From Candidatus Caldatribacteriota bacterium (lineage in GTDB: Bacteria > Atribacterota > Phoenicimicrobiia > Phoenicimicrobiales > Phoenicimicrobiaceae): a stretch of 50,471 nucleotides of DNA. The stretch covers positions 3,071 through 53,541 of the forward strand of contig JAYEJO010000011.1 of the NCBI GenBank assembly GCA_034660595.1, written 5' to 3'. The notes under the pieces are model-generated. The model made no database searches and was not told the origin of the DNA. It saw only the letters and a program-made list of their open reading frames with translations. Of the stretch, positions 1-7,922 are shown one piece after another (position 1 is the first letter of the stretch; every line of letters starts with the position of its first letter). The translations under genes and the position numbers were made by a program.

Positions 1-35
1 GCACCTTTGTTTCCCTTTTAGAAAAGGAGTAAGAG

Positions 36-776
36 ATGGAGAAGAAAAGTTATACAGTGAAAGATTGGCCGGATGAGGAAAGACCGAGGGAGAGGTTGGT
101 TAAGCATGGTGTAAATTGGTTGACAGACGCAGAATTATTAGGAATAATATTGGTTAGTGGTTACCAAGGAAAGACTTCGGTGGAATTGGCTAAAGATTTA
201 TTATCAGAAACTAAAAATTTAAGGAAGTTGGATTCTTTGAGTTTTACTGAGGTGAAATCTTTTAAAGGGATAGGCCTGGCTAAATTTGCCCAGATAAAGG
301 CAGCTCTTGAGATAGGAAAAAGGCTTTTAAGAGAGACCAATTTGCCTAAAAAGAAAATTCATAATGCTGCTGATTTAGTAAATTATTATGGACCGTGCAT
401 GAGAGATTTAAAAAAGGAAAAATTTAAAGCAATATTATTAGATGTAAAAAATAAGATTATTAGGGATATTGATATTTCAGAGGGTAGTCTAACGGAAAGC
501 ATAGTCCATCCCCGCGAGGTATTAAAGGAGATAGTCAAAGAATCTGCTGCTTCGGTTATATTTTTACATAATCATCCCAGCGGAGAATCAAATCCCAGTA
601 AAAATGACTTAGATATTACCGAGCGTTTGGTAGAGGCCTGTAATATAATCGGGGTAAAAGTACTGGATCATATAATACTGGGAGAGGATAATTATTTCAG
701 TTTTGCCCAGGAGGGCTTATTGAAAAAAGTAGGGGCAGACTTTGTGTCTGCCCTAAAAGGAGTTAGTAACAGATGA
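36..776 (+). CDS. radC: RadC-family JAMM/MPN-domain protein
   Basis: 246-aa ORF with the JAMM metal motif (VIFLHNHPSGESNPSKNDLDIT) and a GGAG ribosome-binding site upstream. The last ~17 aa are encoded by a GTAGG-hairpin repeat copy (729-753). Confidence 0.85.
   Translation: MEKKSYTVKDWPDEERPRERLVKHGVNWLTDAELLGIILVSGYQGKTSVELAKDLLSETKNLRKLDSLSFTEVKSFKGIGLAKFAQIKAALEIGKRLLRETNLPKKKIHNAADLVNYYGPCMRDLKKEKFKAILLDVKNKIIRDIDISEGSLTESIVHPREVLKEIVKESAASVIFLHNHPSGESNPSKNDLDITERLVEACNIIGVKVLDHIILGEDNYFSFAQEGLLKKVGADFVSALKGVSNR
729..753 (+). repeat. GTAGG-hairpin repeat, GGGCAGAC stem variant (inside the radC 3' end)
   Basis: GTAGGGGCAGACTTTGTGTCTGCCC: 8-bp stem, 5-nt loop. Confidence 0.8.
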
Positions 777-1273
777 AAAGTAATTTATTCATAGAATTTT
801 GTCCTTATTGTGGTTTTAAATTAGTCAGAAAGATGTTGGAAGGAAGAGAAAGATTATATTGTTCGAGTTGTGGGAAGATATATTACGAAAATCCTACTCC
901 GGTAGTGGCAGTGATAGTCAGAGACAATGAAGGTAGGGTATTATTAATCAAAAGAAAAATAGAACCCCGTAAAGGTGAATGGGCACTGCCCAGCGGGTTT
1001 ATGGAGTTAGATGAAAGTCCCACAGAAGCAGCCTTGAGGGAATTGGCTGAAGAGACGGGGCTAAAAGGAAAATCGAAGAAGCTGATAGGGGTTTATTCCA
1101 ATAATAGTGAAATTCACGGTTATTTAGTTACGATAATTTATGAAATTGAAATAGTGGGAGGAAAACTTTGCGCTGGTGATGATGCGGAGGAGGCAGAATT
1201 TTTTACGGTTAATCAACTTCCCCACCTGGCCTTTCAATCTCACCGGGAAGCTTTAGAAAAAGTTTTAAAATAA
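773..1273 (+). CDS. NUDIX hydrolase with N-terminal zinc ribbon (NudC-like architecture)
   Basis: Perfect Nudix box GX5EX7REUXEEXGU (GFMELDESPTEAALRELAEETGL). CxxC...CxxC zinc ribbon (CPYCG...CSSCG). ATGA start/stop overlap with radC. Confidence 0.85.
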   Translation: MKSNLFIEFCPYCGFKLVRKMLEGRERLYCSSCGKIYYENPTPVVAVIVRDNEGRVLLIKRKIEPRKGEWALPSGFMELDESPTEAALRELAEETGLKGKSKKLIGVYSNNSEIHGYLVTIIYEIEIVGGKLCAGDDAEEAEFFTVNQLPHLAFQSHREALEKVLK

Positions 1274-1348
1274 AATTTCAATTTCAATTTTAAAAAAATT
1301 ACTGATGATAAATAAAAATATTTATAGATGTAAGGGAGAAAAGCAATA

Positions 1349-1684
1349 ATGGAAAAAGCAAATTTTTTTAAAATAAGTGAACTAAAAGCAAAGAAGGTTT
1401 TAGAAGATTCTACGTTAAGGGTTGTAACAAATAAAAATACCATGGTAACCTTTTTTGAATTTGGCCCAAATACCAATATTATGCCTAAACATAAACATCC
1501 TCATGAACAAACAGCAACAGTAACAGCGGGCTCAATAAAGATGGTTGCAGGAGGGGAAACCAAAATATTAAGAGCGGGTGAAGGAGCGGTAATCCCCCCT
1601 AATGTAGAACATGAAGTTATTCCTTTGGAGCCAAATACCAAAGTAATGGACGTTTTTTATCCTATACGAGAGGATTATCTTTAA
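1349..1684 (+). CDS. cupin-domain protein
   Basis: 111 aa. Cupin His motifs HKHPHEQ...G and PPNVEHEV. GGGAG ribosome-binding site upstream. Confidence 0.7.
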   Translation: MEKANFFKISELKAKKVLEDSTLRVVTNKNTMVTFFEFGPNTNIMPKHKHPHEQTATVTAGSIKMVAGGETKILRAGEGAVIPPNVEHEVIPLEPNTKVMDVFYPIREDYL

Positions 1685-1714
1685 TAAAAATAATTAGATT
1701 GAAGGAGCATATAA

Positions 1715-2539
1715 TTGAAAATATTAGCTTTAGATTTTGATGGAGTAATTGTAGATAGTGTTTTAGATTCGCTTTTTGTGGGTCATAATGCTTATTTAAG
1801 ACTTTATGGTCCGGGGAAAAAGAAATATTTTGGAGGAGAACTTTTTACTTTCGAAAATTGGGAAGAGACTAAAAAGAAATATAAGGGAGAGATAAAATAT
1901 TACCGAACTCTAAGGCCTTATATTCGGGGAGCAACCGATTATGGTTTAATCCAGAAATTAATAGAAGAAAATAATTCTATTAAGAATCAGAAAGAGTTTG
2001 ACGATTATAGAAAGACAGCGAAGTTTAATTTTGAAGCCTATGAAAAAGAATTTTACAAAGAACGAGAAAGACTGCAAAATATAAATTATAGAGCCTGGTT
2101 TAATTTGGAGCCGCCCTATCCCGAAGTAATAGAGGGGATAAGAAAATTATTAGAAGAAGGAACTAAAATTGTGATTGCTACCTCTAATAGAAGAAAAGCA
2201 ATTGCCAGATCTTTTACTCCTGAATATTTTGGCTTTACCATTAAACCGGAAGATATTTTGGATAAGAGATTTGGAGAAGACAAATCTGAGCAAATGAAGC
2301 ATGTTGTAAATTTGTATCAAATTAAGTTCGGGGATATATATTTTGTAGATGATCAGGTAAACCATTTGATTCAGACCAAAACTTTAGGAGTAAAAGTTCT
2401 TTTAGCTGGTTGGAGCTATGCAACTGATATTCAAAAAGAGGAAGCCAAAAAACAAAATATTCCAATTATTGAAAGAGAGAAAGATTTTTATCCAATTGTT
2501 AAAAATTCCTTAAGCGAAAAGATTGAAGAACAAGTATAA
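1715..2539 (+). CDS. HAD-superfamily hydrolase
   Basis: N-terminal DxD motif (LALDFDGVIVDS) and late DD motif (YFVDDQ). TTG start 8 nt after GAAGGAG. Confidence 0.7.
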   Translation: MKILALDFDGVIVDSVLDSLFVGHNAYLRLYGPGKKKYFGGELFTFENWEETKKKYKGEIKYYRTLRPYIRGATDYGLIQKLIEENNSIKNQKEFDDYRKTAKFNFEAYEKEFYKERERLQNINYRAWFNLEPPYPEVIEGIRKLLEEGTKIVIATSNRRKAIARSFTPEYFGFTIKPEDILDKRFGEDKSEQMKHVVNLYQIKFGDIYFVDDQVNHLIQTKTLGVKVLLAGWSYATDIQKEEAKKQNIPIIEREKDFYPIVKNSLSEKIEEQV

Positions 2540-2549
2540 TTCTAATTTC

Positions 2550-2595
2550 GTAGGACAGGCGTTCCCCGTTTTCACGAGGACAGGCCCACCTGTCT
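2550..2595 (+). repeat. 46-nt composite GTAGG hairpin (long form)
   Basis: GTAGGACAGGCG[TTCCCCGTTTTCACGAGGACAGGCC]CACCTGTCT. Lies 11 nt after a stop codon. Confidence 0.85.
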
Positions 2596-2673
2596 GATTT
2601 GAAAACTAGATATATTTTATATCTATCCGTTAAAATATTTAACAAAAATAAAAAATAGAAAAAGGAGAAAAAG

Positions 2674-3015
2674 ATGAAAATAGTAGATTATAAGGAAGTT
2701 AAAGCTGAAGCCGTAGATTTTGAAGAAGCCAAAAATGTTAAAGTAAGATGGCTTATTTCTGATAAAGATAAGGCTCCAAACTTTGCTATGAGGTTGTTTG
2801 AGGTTGATCCGGGAGGGTACAGCCCTTTACATACCCATAATTGGGAACATGAGGTATTCATTTTAGAAGGTAAAGGAGTAACCACTGATGGCGAGAAAGA
2901 GACCCGGATTAAAAGCGGGACAGTGGTTTATGTCGCTCCCGAAGAAAAACATCAGTTTAAAAATACCGGCTCAGAAACCCTAAAATTTCTCTGCCTGATT
3001 CCGATAAAGAAATAG
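2674..3015 (+). CDS. cupin-domain protein
   Basis: 113 aa. Motif 1 GGYSPLHTHNWEHEVFILEGKG and motif 2 APEEKHQFKNTG. AAGGAG ribosome-binding site. Confidence 0.75.
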   Translation: MKIVDYKEVKAEAVDFEEAKNVKVRWLISDKDKAPNFAMRLFEVDPGGYSPLHTHNWEHEVFILEGKGVTTDGEKETRIKSGTVVYVAPEEKHQFKNTGSETLKFLCLIPIKK

Positions 3016-3076
3016 TATTTAGTATTTAGTATAGTAAAGAAAAGAAAAGAGAGAGAATTCGGGAATCAGAAGCCCC

Positions 3077-3100
3077 GTAGGACAGGCGTCTCGCCTGTCT
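3077..3100 (+). repeat. GTAGG-hairpin repeat, GACAGGCG stem variant (short form)
   Basis: GTAGGACAGGCG TCT CGCCTGTCT. Confidence 0.8.
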
Positions 3101-3129
3101 ATTAAACTAATTCAATTATACAGCAAACT

Positions 3130-3158
3130 AAAAAAAAGGGGCGTATTGCATACGCCCC
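3130..3158 (-). terminator. Rho-independent terminator of the 3216-3812 gene
   Basis: GGGGCGTA / TACGCCCC 8-bp stem (3138-3158) with a 5-nt loop. On the minus strand it is followed by an 8-nt U-run (A8 at 3130-3137). Confidence 0.7.
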
Positions 3159-3215
3159 GAGTTACTTATTACATGTTACTAATTACTGTATCCCACTGTC
3201 TGTTTATCTAAGAAT

Positions 3216-3812
3216 TTACTCTGTAATGGTAAATTCAATGGTTGCTTCCGTAGTCTTTTGAGATAATGCATCTTTTAAGATAAAGCGAAATTTATAATCT
3301 CCAGGAGGAAGGGATAAATTTTTCACCGGAAGTTCACTAGAGATAAATATTTCAGAATTTTTTGCTCGAGAAGTTAAAGGGAAATCTAAAAAATTAATAT
3401 CCCCAGTTAATACATTATCAGAAGAATCTAATAAATAAATTTCTGCTTTAAAGTGTATTTGATATAAGCCCTTTTGAATTTCTCTGTAGGTATAATTTCT
3501 TGGTTCGCCATAGATGAAAATAGTATCTTCCTGTGTAAATATTACATTTTCTCTTGGGTTGTAAATACCAAACATTGGAGGGTCTTCTTCGCATAAAAAT
3601 AAATTAATTAATTCTAAATCAGCTTTACTTTTAACTATCGCCAGGGCTTCTTCTAATTCTACCACTGCCTCATTATATTTTTCTTCGTCAATTAATTTTA
3701 ATGCCCGGTTGATATAATCTTTTTCTTCACTGGCAAAAGAAAACATAGCAAAACTGGTGGTAATAAAAATTAAAACCATTCCTAAAAGTATATATTTTTT
3801 ACTTAGATTCAT
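3216..3812 (-). CDS. secreted/membrane-anchored hypothetical protein
   Basis: 198 aa. N-terminal signal/anchor helix (ILLGMVLIFITTSFAMFSFA), a TPR-like helix, then a beta-rich C-terminus. GGAG ribosome-binding site. No family recognised. Confidence 0.55.
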   Translation of the reverse strand: MNLSKKYILLGMVLIFITTSFAMFSFASEEKDYINRALKLIDEEKYNEAVVELEEALAIVKSKADLELINLFLCEEDPPMFGIYNPRENVIFTQEDTIFIYGEPRNYTYREIQKGLYQIHFKAEIYLLDSSDNVLTGDINFLDFPLTSRAKNSEIFISSELPVKNLSLPPGDYKFRFILKDALSQKTTEATIEFTITE

Positions 3813-3913
3813 TTTTATTGCTCCTTTTTATTTTAAATTTGCTAAAATTATTTTTACACTTTTTTATTATATAGTAATATATAAGGTAATTCAAAAATAA
3901 ATGAACAAAAGAA

Positions 3914-3944
3914 AGTATCGAGTAATAGTATCGGGTATCGAGTT
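3914..3944 (-). repeat. GATAC-type short tandem repeat array
   Basis: AGTATCGAGTAATAGTATCGGGTATCGAGTT, i.e. three GTATC(G) units. Confidence 0.7.
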
Positions 3945-4165
3945 AAGAAAGCGAAGAAAAGATAGGAAAAAAGCATTATTCTTCTTTTTATCTAACTACC
4001 CCACTAAAACTTATATTAACTGAAATTATTTTGTTTTTAATAAAATTATTGAACTAAAATATTTTTTAAATTATAATTGATTTAATATAAAAAGAAGTTA
4101 AAGTAGTGTAGTGCTTTAAAATAAGGGTTATTAAGAATAATTTAATAAAATATGGAGGAAAAGTA

Positions 4166-4369
4166 ATGGAATGTAATATAGAAAAAAATAAGAGAAATTG
4201 CACTTGTACTTATGAACCTTGCAGTCGAAAAGGCAAATGTTGTGAATGCATTACTTATCATTGGAATATGGGGGAACTTCCGGGATGTCTATTCCCTCCC
4301 GAAGTAGAGAGAACTTACGACCGTTCAATTGAAAAATTTATTGAAACCTATAAGAAAAGTAATGAGTAA
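4166..4369 (+). CDS. small cysteine-rich protein (resembles DUF6485-type proteins)
   Basis: 67 aa with a CxCx4Cx6CCxC cluster ([22 protein letters not shown]). GGAGG ribosome-binding site 8 nt upstream. Confidence 0.55.
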   Translation: MECNIEKNKRNCTCTYEPCSRKGKCCECITYHWNMGELPGCLFPPEVERTYDRSIEKFIETYKKSNE

Positions 4370-4386
4370 TGGGTAATAAGTAACTT

Positions 4387-4411
4387 GTAGGGGCAGACCT
4401 TGTGTCTGCCC
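4387..4411 (+). repeat. GTAGG-hairpin repeat, GGGCAGAC stem variant
   Basis: GTAGGGGCAGACCTTGTGTCTGCCC, one difference from the 729 copy. Lies 18 nt after a stop codon. Confidence 0.8.
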
Positions 4412-4474
4412 GAGATAAGACAAATAAAAATACAGTGGAGTAAATTCACTATTCACTAACGACTAATTCAATTC

Positions 4475-5011
4475 TCACGGTAATCTAATTCTATTCAAGG
4501 GCCAGAAAACTACCCAGGCCTTGCCTACCACATTCTTACGAGGGACAAATCCCCAATATCTGCTATCACTACTGTTAGGCCTGTTATCTCCCAGGACAAA
4601 GAATGAATCATCAGGGACTATTGTAGGAGGCATATTTTCATACGATATATTTTTTACATAAGGCTCTTCTAATTTTTTGCCATTAACATAAACTTCTCCA
4701 TTGGCAATTTCAATTTTATCTCCCGGAATCCCAATTATTCTTTTAATATAATTACGTTTTATTTCTAAAGGGGGCCTAAAGATTATTATTTCGCCTCTTT
4801 CAGGTGTCTCGAAACGATAACTAATTTTATTGGCAATAAGCCTTTCATTATCGTGAAGAGTAGGTTCCATAGAAGCACCCCTTACTACAGTGACCTGACC
4901 GATAAAAGTGATAATTATAAAAGCAATTATCCCGGCACTGATTACTGTTTCCAGCAGTTCTCTGATCATAGATTTTTTCCCTTTTTTAATATCTTTATTA
5001 TTTCTTTTCAT
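4475..5011 (-). CDS. lepB: signal peptidase I
   Basis: S26 motifs GASMEPTL (Ser), YIKRIIGIPGD (Lys) and GDNRPNSSDSRYWG, plus one N-terminal TM helix. The start is placed at the Met preceded by GAAGGA; the longer ORF start at 5032 has no ribosome-binding site. Confidence 0.85.
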   Translation of the reverse strand: MKRNNKDIKKGKKSMIRELLETVISAGIIAFIIITFIGQVTVVRGASMEPTLHDNERLIANKISYRFETPERGEIIIFRPPLEIKRNYIKRIIGIPGDKIEIANGEVYVNGKKLEEPYVKNISYENMPPTIVPDDSFFVLGDNRPNSSDSRYWGFVPRKNVVGKAWVVFWPLNRIRLP

Positions 5012-5209
5012 TTTTTCCTTCTTTCCAACCATAGATATTCTTGAACAAATTTTTTTACTTTTATTTCTCTAAATATTTTAATAGTCTGTTTTTAGTTTAT
5101 AGTAATTGATTAAGCGGTAATTTATTTTGCTTAACAAAAAATATTATAACACATTTTTTATAACTTTATAAAAGATTTTTATTATATTCATTTTTTTTGG
5201 CACCTTTGT

Positions 5210-5233
5210 GGGCGTATAGCAATACGCCCCTAC
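5210..5233 (-). repeat. GTAGG-hairpin repeat, GGGCGTAT stem variant
   Basis: The minus strand reads GTAGGGGCGTATTGCTATACGCCC. It shares its stem with the terminator hairpin at 3138-3158. Confidence 0.75.
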
Positions 5234-5237
5234 TTAT

Positions 5238-5264
5238 GGATTCCGCATCAAGTGCGGAATGACA
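5238..5264 (-). repeat. TGTCATTCC-hairpin repeat
   Basis: The minus strand reads TGTCATTCCGCACTTGATGCGGAATCC: 8-bp stem. Confidence 0.75.
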
Positions 5265-5280
5265 TAATATTTTTTTCTTT

Positions 5281-5311
5281 ACGCGATACGCAATACTCGA
5301 TACGCGATACT
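5281..5311 (+). repeat. GATAC-type short tandem repeat array
   Basis: ACGCGATACGCAATACTCGATACGCGATACT. It shares the 13-mer GATACGCGATACT with the 11848-11860 copy. Confidence 0.7.
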
Positions 5312-5362
5312 AATAAAGTGTTTGCTAAAGCGTATCATTATAGTTATAATTATAAAGAATTT

Positions 5363-6064
5363 ATGCAAAAGGAGAGAATAAAAATTAAGACTATTATATT
5401 TGATTTAGATGATACTTTGATTAAAACTTCTAAGTTATATAATCATGCCCGTGATGAATTTTCATCGCTTATGCAAGAATTAGGTTTTAACAGTGAAGAG
5501 TCTTTAGTTAAGCTTGATGAAGTTGATATTAACTACATAAAAGAGTATGGTTTTGTGAAAGAAAGATATCCTCTCAGTTTGGGAAAGACTTATGAATATT
5601 TTTCCCAAAAGAACGGGAAAGAAATTAACCTTGAACTAAAAAAGAAAATTGAAGAGATTGGATGGCAGGTTTTTAGACAGATTCCTGTATTGGTCGATGG
5701 AGCTTATCGGGTATTAGATACTTTAAGCAAAAAGTATTTTTTAATTCTAGCCACCCTTGGAGACCCTCAAGTACAGGAAGAAAAAGTACGAGTAAGTGGT
5801 TTAAAAAAATATTTTTCAGAAATTTACGTCTTAAAACATAAAAATGTCGAGGAATATCAAAATATTTTAACAGAAAATAATTTAAATAAAAAAGATACCT
5901 GGATAATAGGCAATAGTGTTCGTTCAGATTTGAATCCCGGATTAAAATTGGGCATAAATTGTATTCTAATTCCTTACTTAAGCTGGAAGTTTGAGGAAGA
6001 AGAGCCTCTATCAGAAAATTATTTACAGTTAGATTCCTTAGAAGAGGTATTAAATTACCTTTAG
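5363..6064 (+). CDS. HAD-superfamily hydrolase
   Basis: DxD motif IIFDLDDTLI shortly after the Met at 5363. The ORF-track extension back to 5252 is built from repeat elements, so it was trimmed. Confidence 0.7.
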   Translation: MQKERIKIKTIIFDLDDTLIKTSKLYNHARDEFSSLMQELGFNSEESLVKLDEVDINYIKEYGFVKERYPLSLGKTYEYFSQKNGKEINLELKKKIEEIGWQVFRQIPVLVDGAYRVLDTLSKKYFLILATLGDPQVQEEKVRVSGLKKYFSEIYVLKHKNVEEYQNILTENNLNKKDTWIIGNSVRSDLNPGLKLGINCILIPYLSWKFEEEEPLSENYLQLDSLEEVLNYL

Positions 6065-6080
6065 GTGAAAAAATAACAAA

Positions 6081-7007
6081 TTGATAAGAAAATTAAAATA
6101 TCCGAGATATTTAAATATAAAAGAAGAAGAATTAGATAGAAGAATCAAGAAGGCTTATAAATTGCTCTCCCCCTGTGAAGTGTGTCCTCGCAAATGTGGG
6201 GTGAACCGCTTAGAAGGAGAAAAAGGTTTCTGCCGTTCAGGTGAAGAGGTGATAGTCTCCAGTTATAATGCTCACTTCGGGGAAGAACCGCCCCTGGTGG
6301 GTTACTTCGGTTCCGGCACCATATTTTTTACCAACTGTAATTTAAAATGTGTTTATTGTCAGAATTATCCCATAAGCCAGTTAGGAAATGGCAATAAAGT
6401 TAGTTTATCAGAATTAGCTAAAATAATGCTTGCTTTACAGAAAAGGAAATGCCATAATATTAATTTGGTGACCCCGACTCATTTTGTACCACAGATATTG
6501 AATAGTCTTAAATCGGCTATCAAAATGGGTTTGCGTATTCCCATAGTTTATAACACCAGTGGTTATGATTCTGTAAATACTTTGAAATTACTTGACGGTG
6601 TTGTGGACATATATTTACCTGATGCCCGATATGCTGATAATGAGATAGCCAGAAAATATTCATCTGCCCCAAATTATTTTGAAATAATGAAGAAGGCGTT
6701 GAAGGAGATGCACCGACAGGTGGGGGATCTGGTGACAGATAAAATCGGAGTAGCTCGCACAGGATTGATTGTTCGTCATTTAGTTTTACCTGAGGGTTTA
6801 AGCGGCACTAAAAAGATTATGCGCTTTATTGCCCGGGAGATTTCTCCTCACACCTATATAAGCTTGATGGCACAATATTTTCCGGCTTACCAGGCTGGGC
6901 AGTTTCCCCCCTTGTCCAGGAGGATAAATAGGGAAGAATACAGGGAAGCCTTACGGGCTTTTAAAGAAGAGGGATTGGAAAACGGATGGTTTCAGAAGGA
7001 TATATAA
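6081..7007 (+). CDS. radical SAM protein, PflX-like (pyruvate formate-lyase activase homologue)
   Basis: CX3CX2C motif CNLKCVYCQN and an N-terminal Cys cluster CEVCPRKCGVNR...GFC. TTG start. Visibly GC-richer than its neighbours. Confidence 0.75.
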   Translation: MIRKLKYPRYLNIKEEELDRRIKKAYKLLSPCEVCPRKCGVNRLEGEKGFCRSGEEVIVSSYNAHFGEEPPLVGYFGSGTIFFTNCNLKCVYCQNYPISQLGNGNKVSLSELAKIMLALQKRKCHNINLVTPTHFVPQILNSLKSAIKMGLRIPIVYNTSGYDSVNTLKLLDGVVDIYLPDARYADNEIARKYSSAPNYFEIMKKALKEMHRQVGDLVTDKIGVARTGLIVRHLVLPEGLSGTKKIMRFIAREISPHTYISLMAQYFPAYQAGQFPPLSRRINREEYREALRAFKEEGLENGWFQKDI

Positions 7008-7060
7008 AAAATAGCTGCAAAATAAATAAAAATAATTTTTAAAGGATATAATAAGCAATT

Positions 7061-7918
7061 ATGAAAGGTATTCAAGCAGAAATTTATTTATTAGGAATAG
7101 TAATTATTTGGGGCTCCACCTTTGCCTTGATTAAAGGGGTTATTGATTTAATCCCTCCCTATACTTTTTTAACTTATCGGTTTTTATTGGCCGCTCTAAT
7201 TCTAATATTAATATTCTGGAAGAGGATAAAAGAAATCAATATAATGATTTTAAAGAAAGGCTCTCTAATTGGTATTTTTCTCTTCATGGGTTATGCTTTT
7301 CAGACTGTGGGGATAAAGTATACTACAGCTACTAAAGCCGGTTTTATTACCGGTTTATCTGTAGTTTTGGTCCCCATTATTTCCCATTTTTTTATCAAAG
7401 AAAAAATCAATCGAAATTCAGTTATAGGAGTAGTTTTAGCATTCATCGGATTATGGTTTTTAAATTATAGCAGCAGTTTTAGTTTTAATTTAGGCGATTT
7501 TTTAGTTTTGTTATGTGCAGTATCATTTGCCATGCACATTATATCGGTGGGATTATTTAGTAAAAAGTTAGATTATGTTCTTTTGGCAATTACTCAAATA
7601 ACGGTAGTTTTCGTATTATCTTTATTAATGGCTTTAATTTTTGAAAGACCGGCTATCCATCTTTCCTATTCATCTGATATATGGTGGTCGATTGTAATAA
7701 CCGGAATATTTGCTACCGCTCTGGCTTTCTATATGCAAAATAGATTTCAAAGATATTCCACTGCCACCAAAACCGCCATTATTTTTTCCGGAGAGCCGAT
7801 ATTTGCAGCGGTGTTCGCCTACCTCCTCCTGGGAGAGAAGGTAGGCCTTATCGCCTGGATAGGAGGATTGTTAATAATCTTTGCTATGGTTATATCTCAA
7901 AGAGAAGAAAAGATATAA
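7061..7918 (+). CDS. EamA/DMT-family transporter
   Basis: 285 aa, about 10 predicted TM helices arranged as two EamA-like repeats. Confidence 0.8.
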   Translation: MKGIQAEIYLLGIVIIWGSTFALIKGVIDLIPPYTFLTYRFLLAALILILIFWKRIKEINIMILKKGSLIGIFLFMGYAFQTVGIKYTTATKAGFITGLSVVLVPIISHFFIKEKINRNSVIGVVLAFIGLWFLNYSSSFSFNLGDFLVLLCAVSFAMHIISVGLFSKKLDYVLLAITQITVVFVLSLLMALIFERPAIHLSYSSDIWWSIVITGIFATALAFYMQNRFQRYSTATKTAIIFSGEPIFAAVFAYLLLGEKVGLIAWIGGLLIIFAMVISQREEKI

Positions 7919-7922
7919 TCTT

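Noticed and set aside
1-10. 10-mer GCACCTTTGT shared with 5200-5209
   Set aside because: It is too short to exclude chance, and the first copy is cut by the window edge.
5252-5362. N-terminal 37 codons of the HAD hydrolase ORF
   Set aside because: The extension is encoded by the TGTCATTCC hairpin and the GATAC array (…SLRDTQYSIRDT…). The HAD DxD motif follows the internal Met at 5363.
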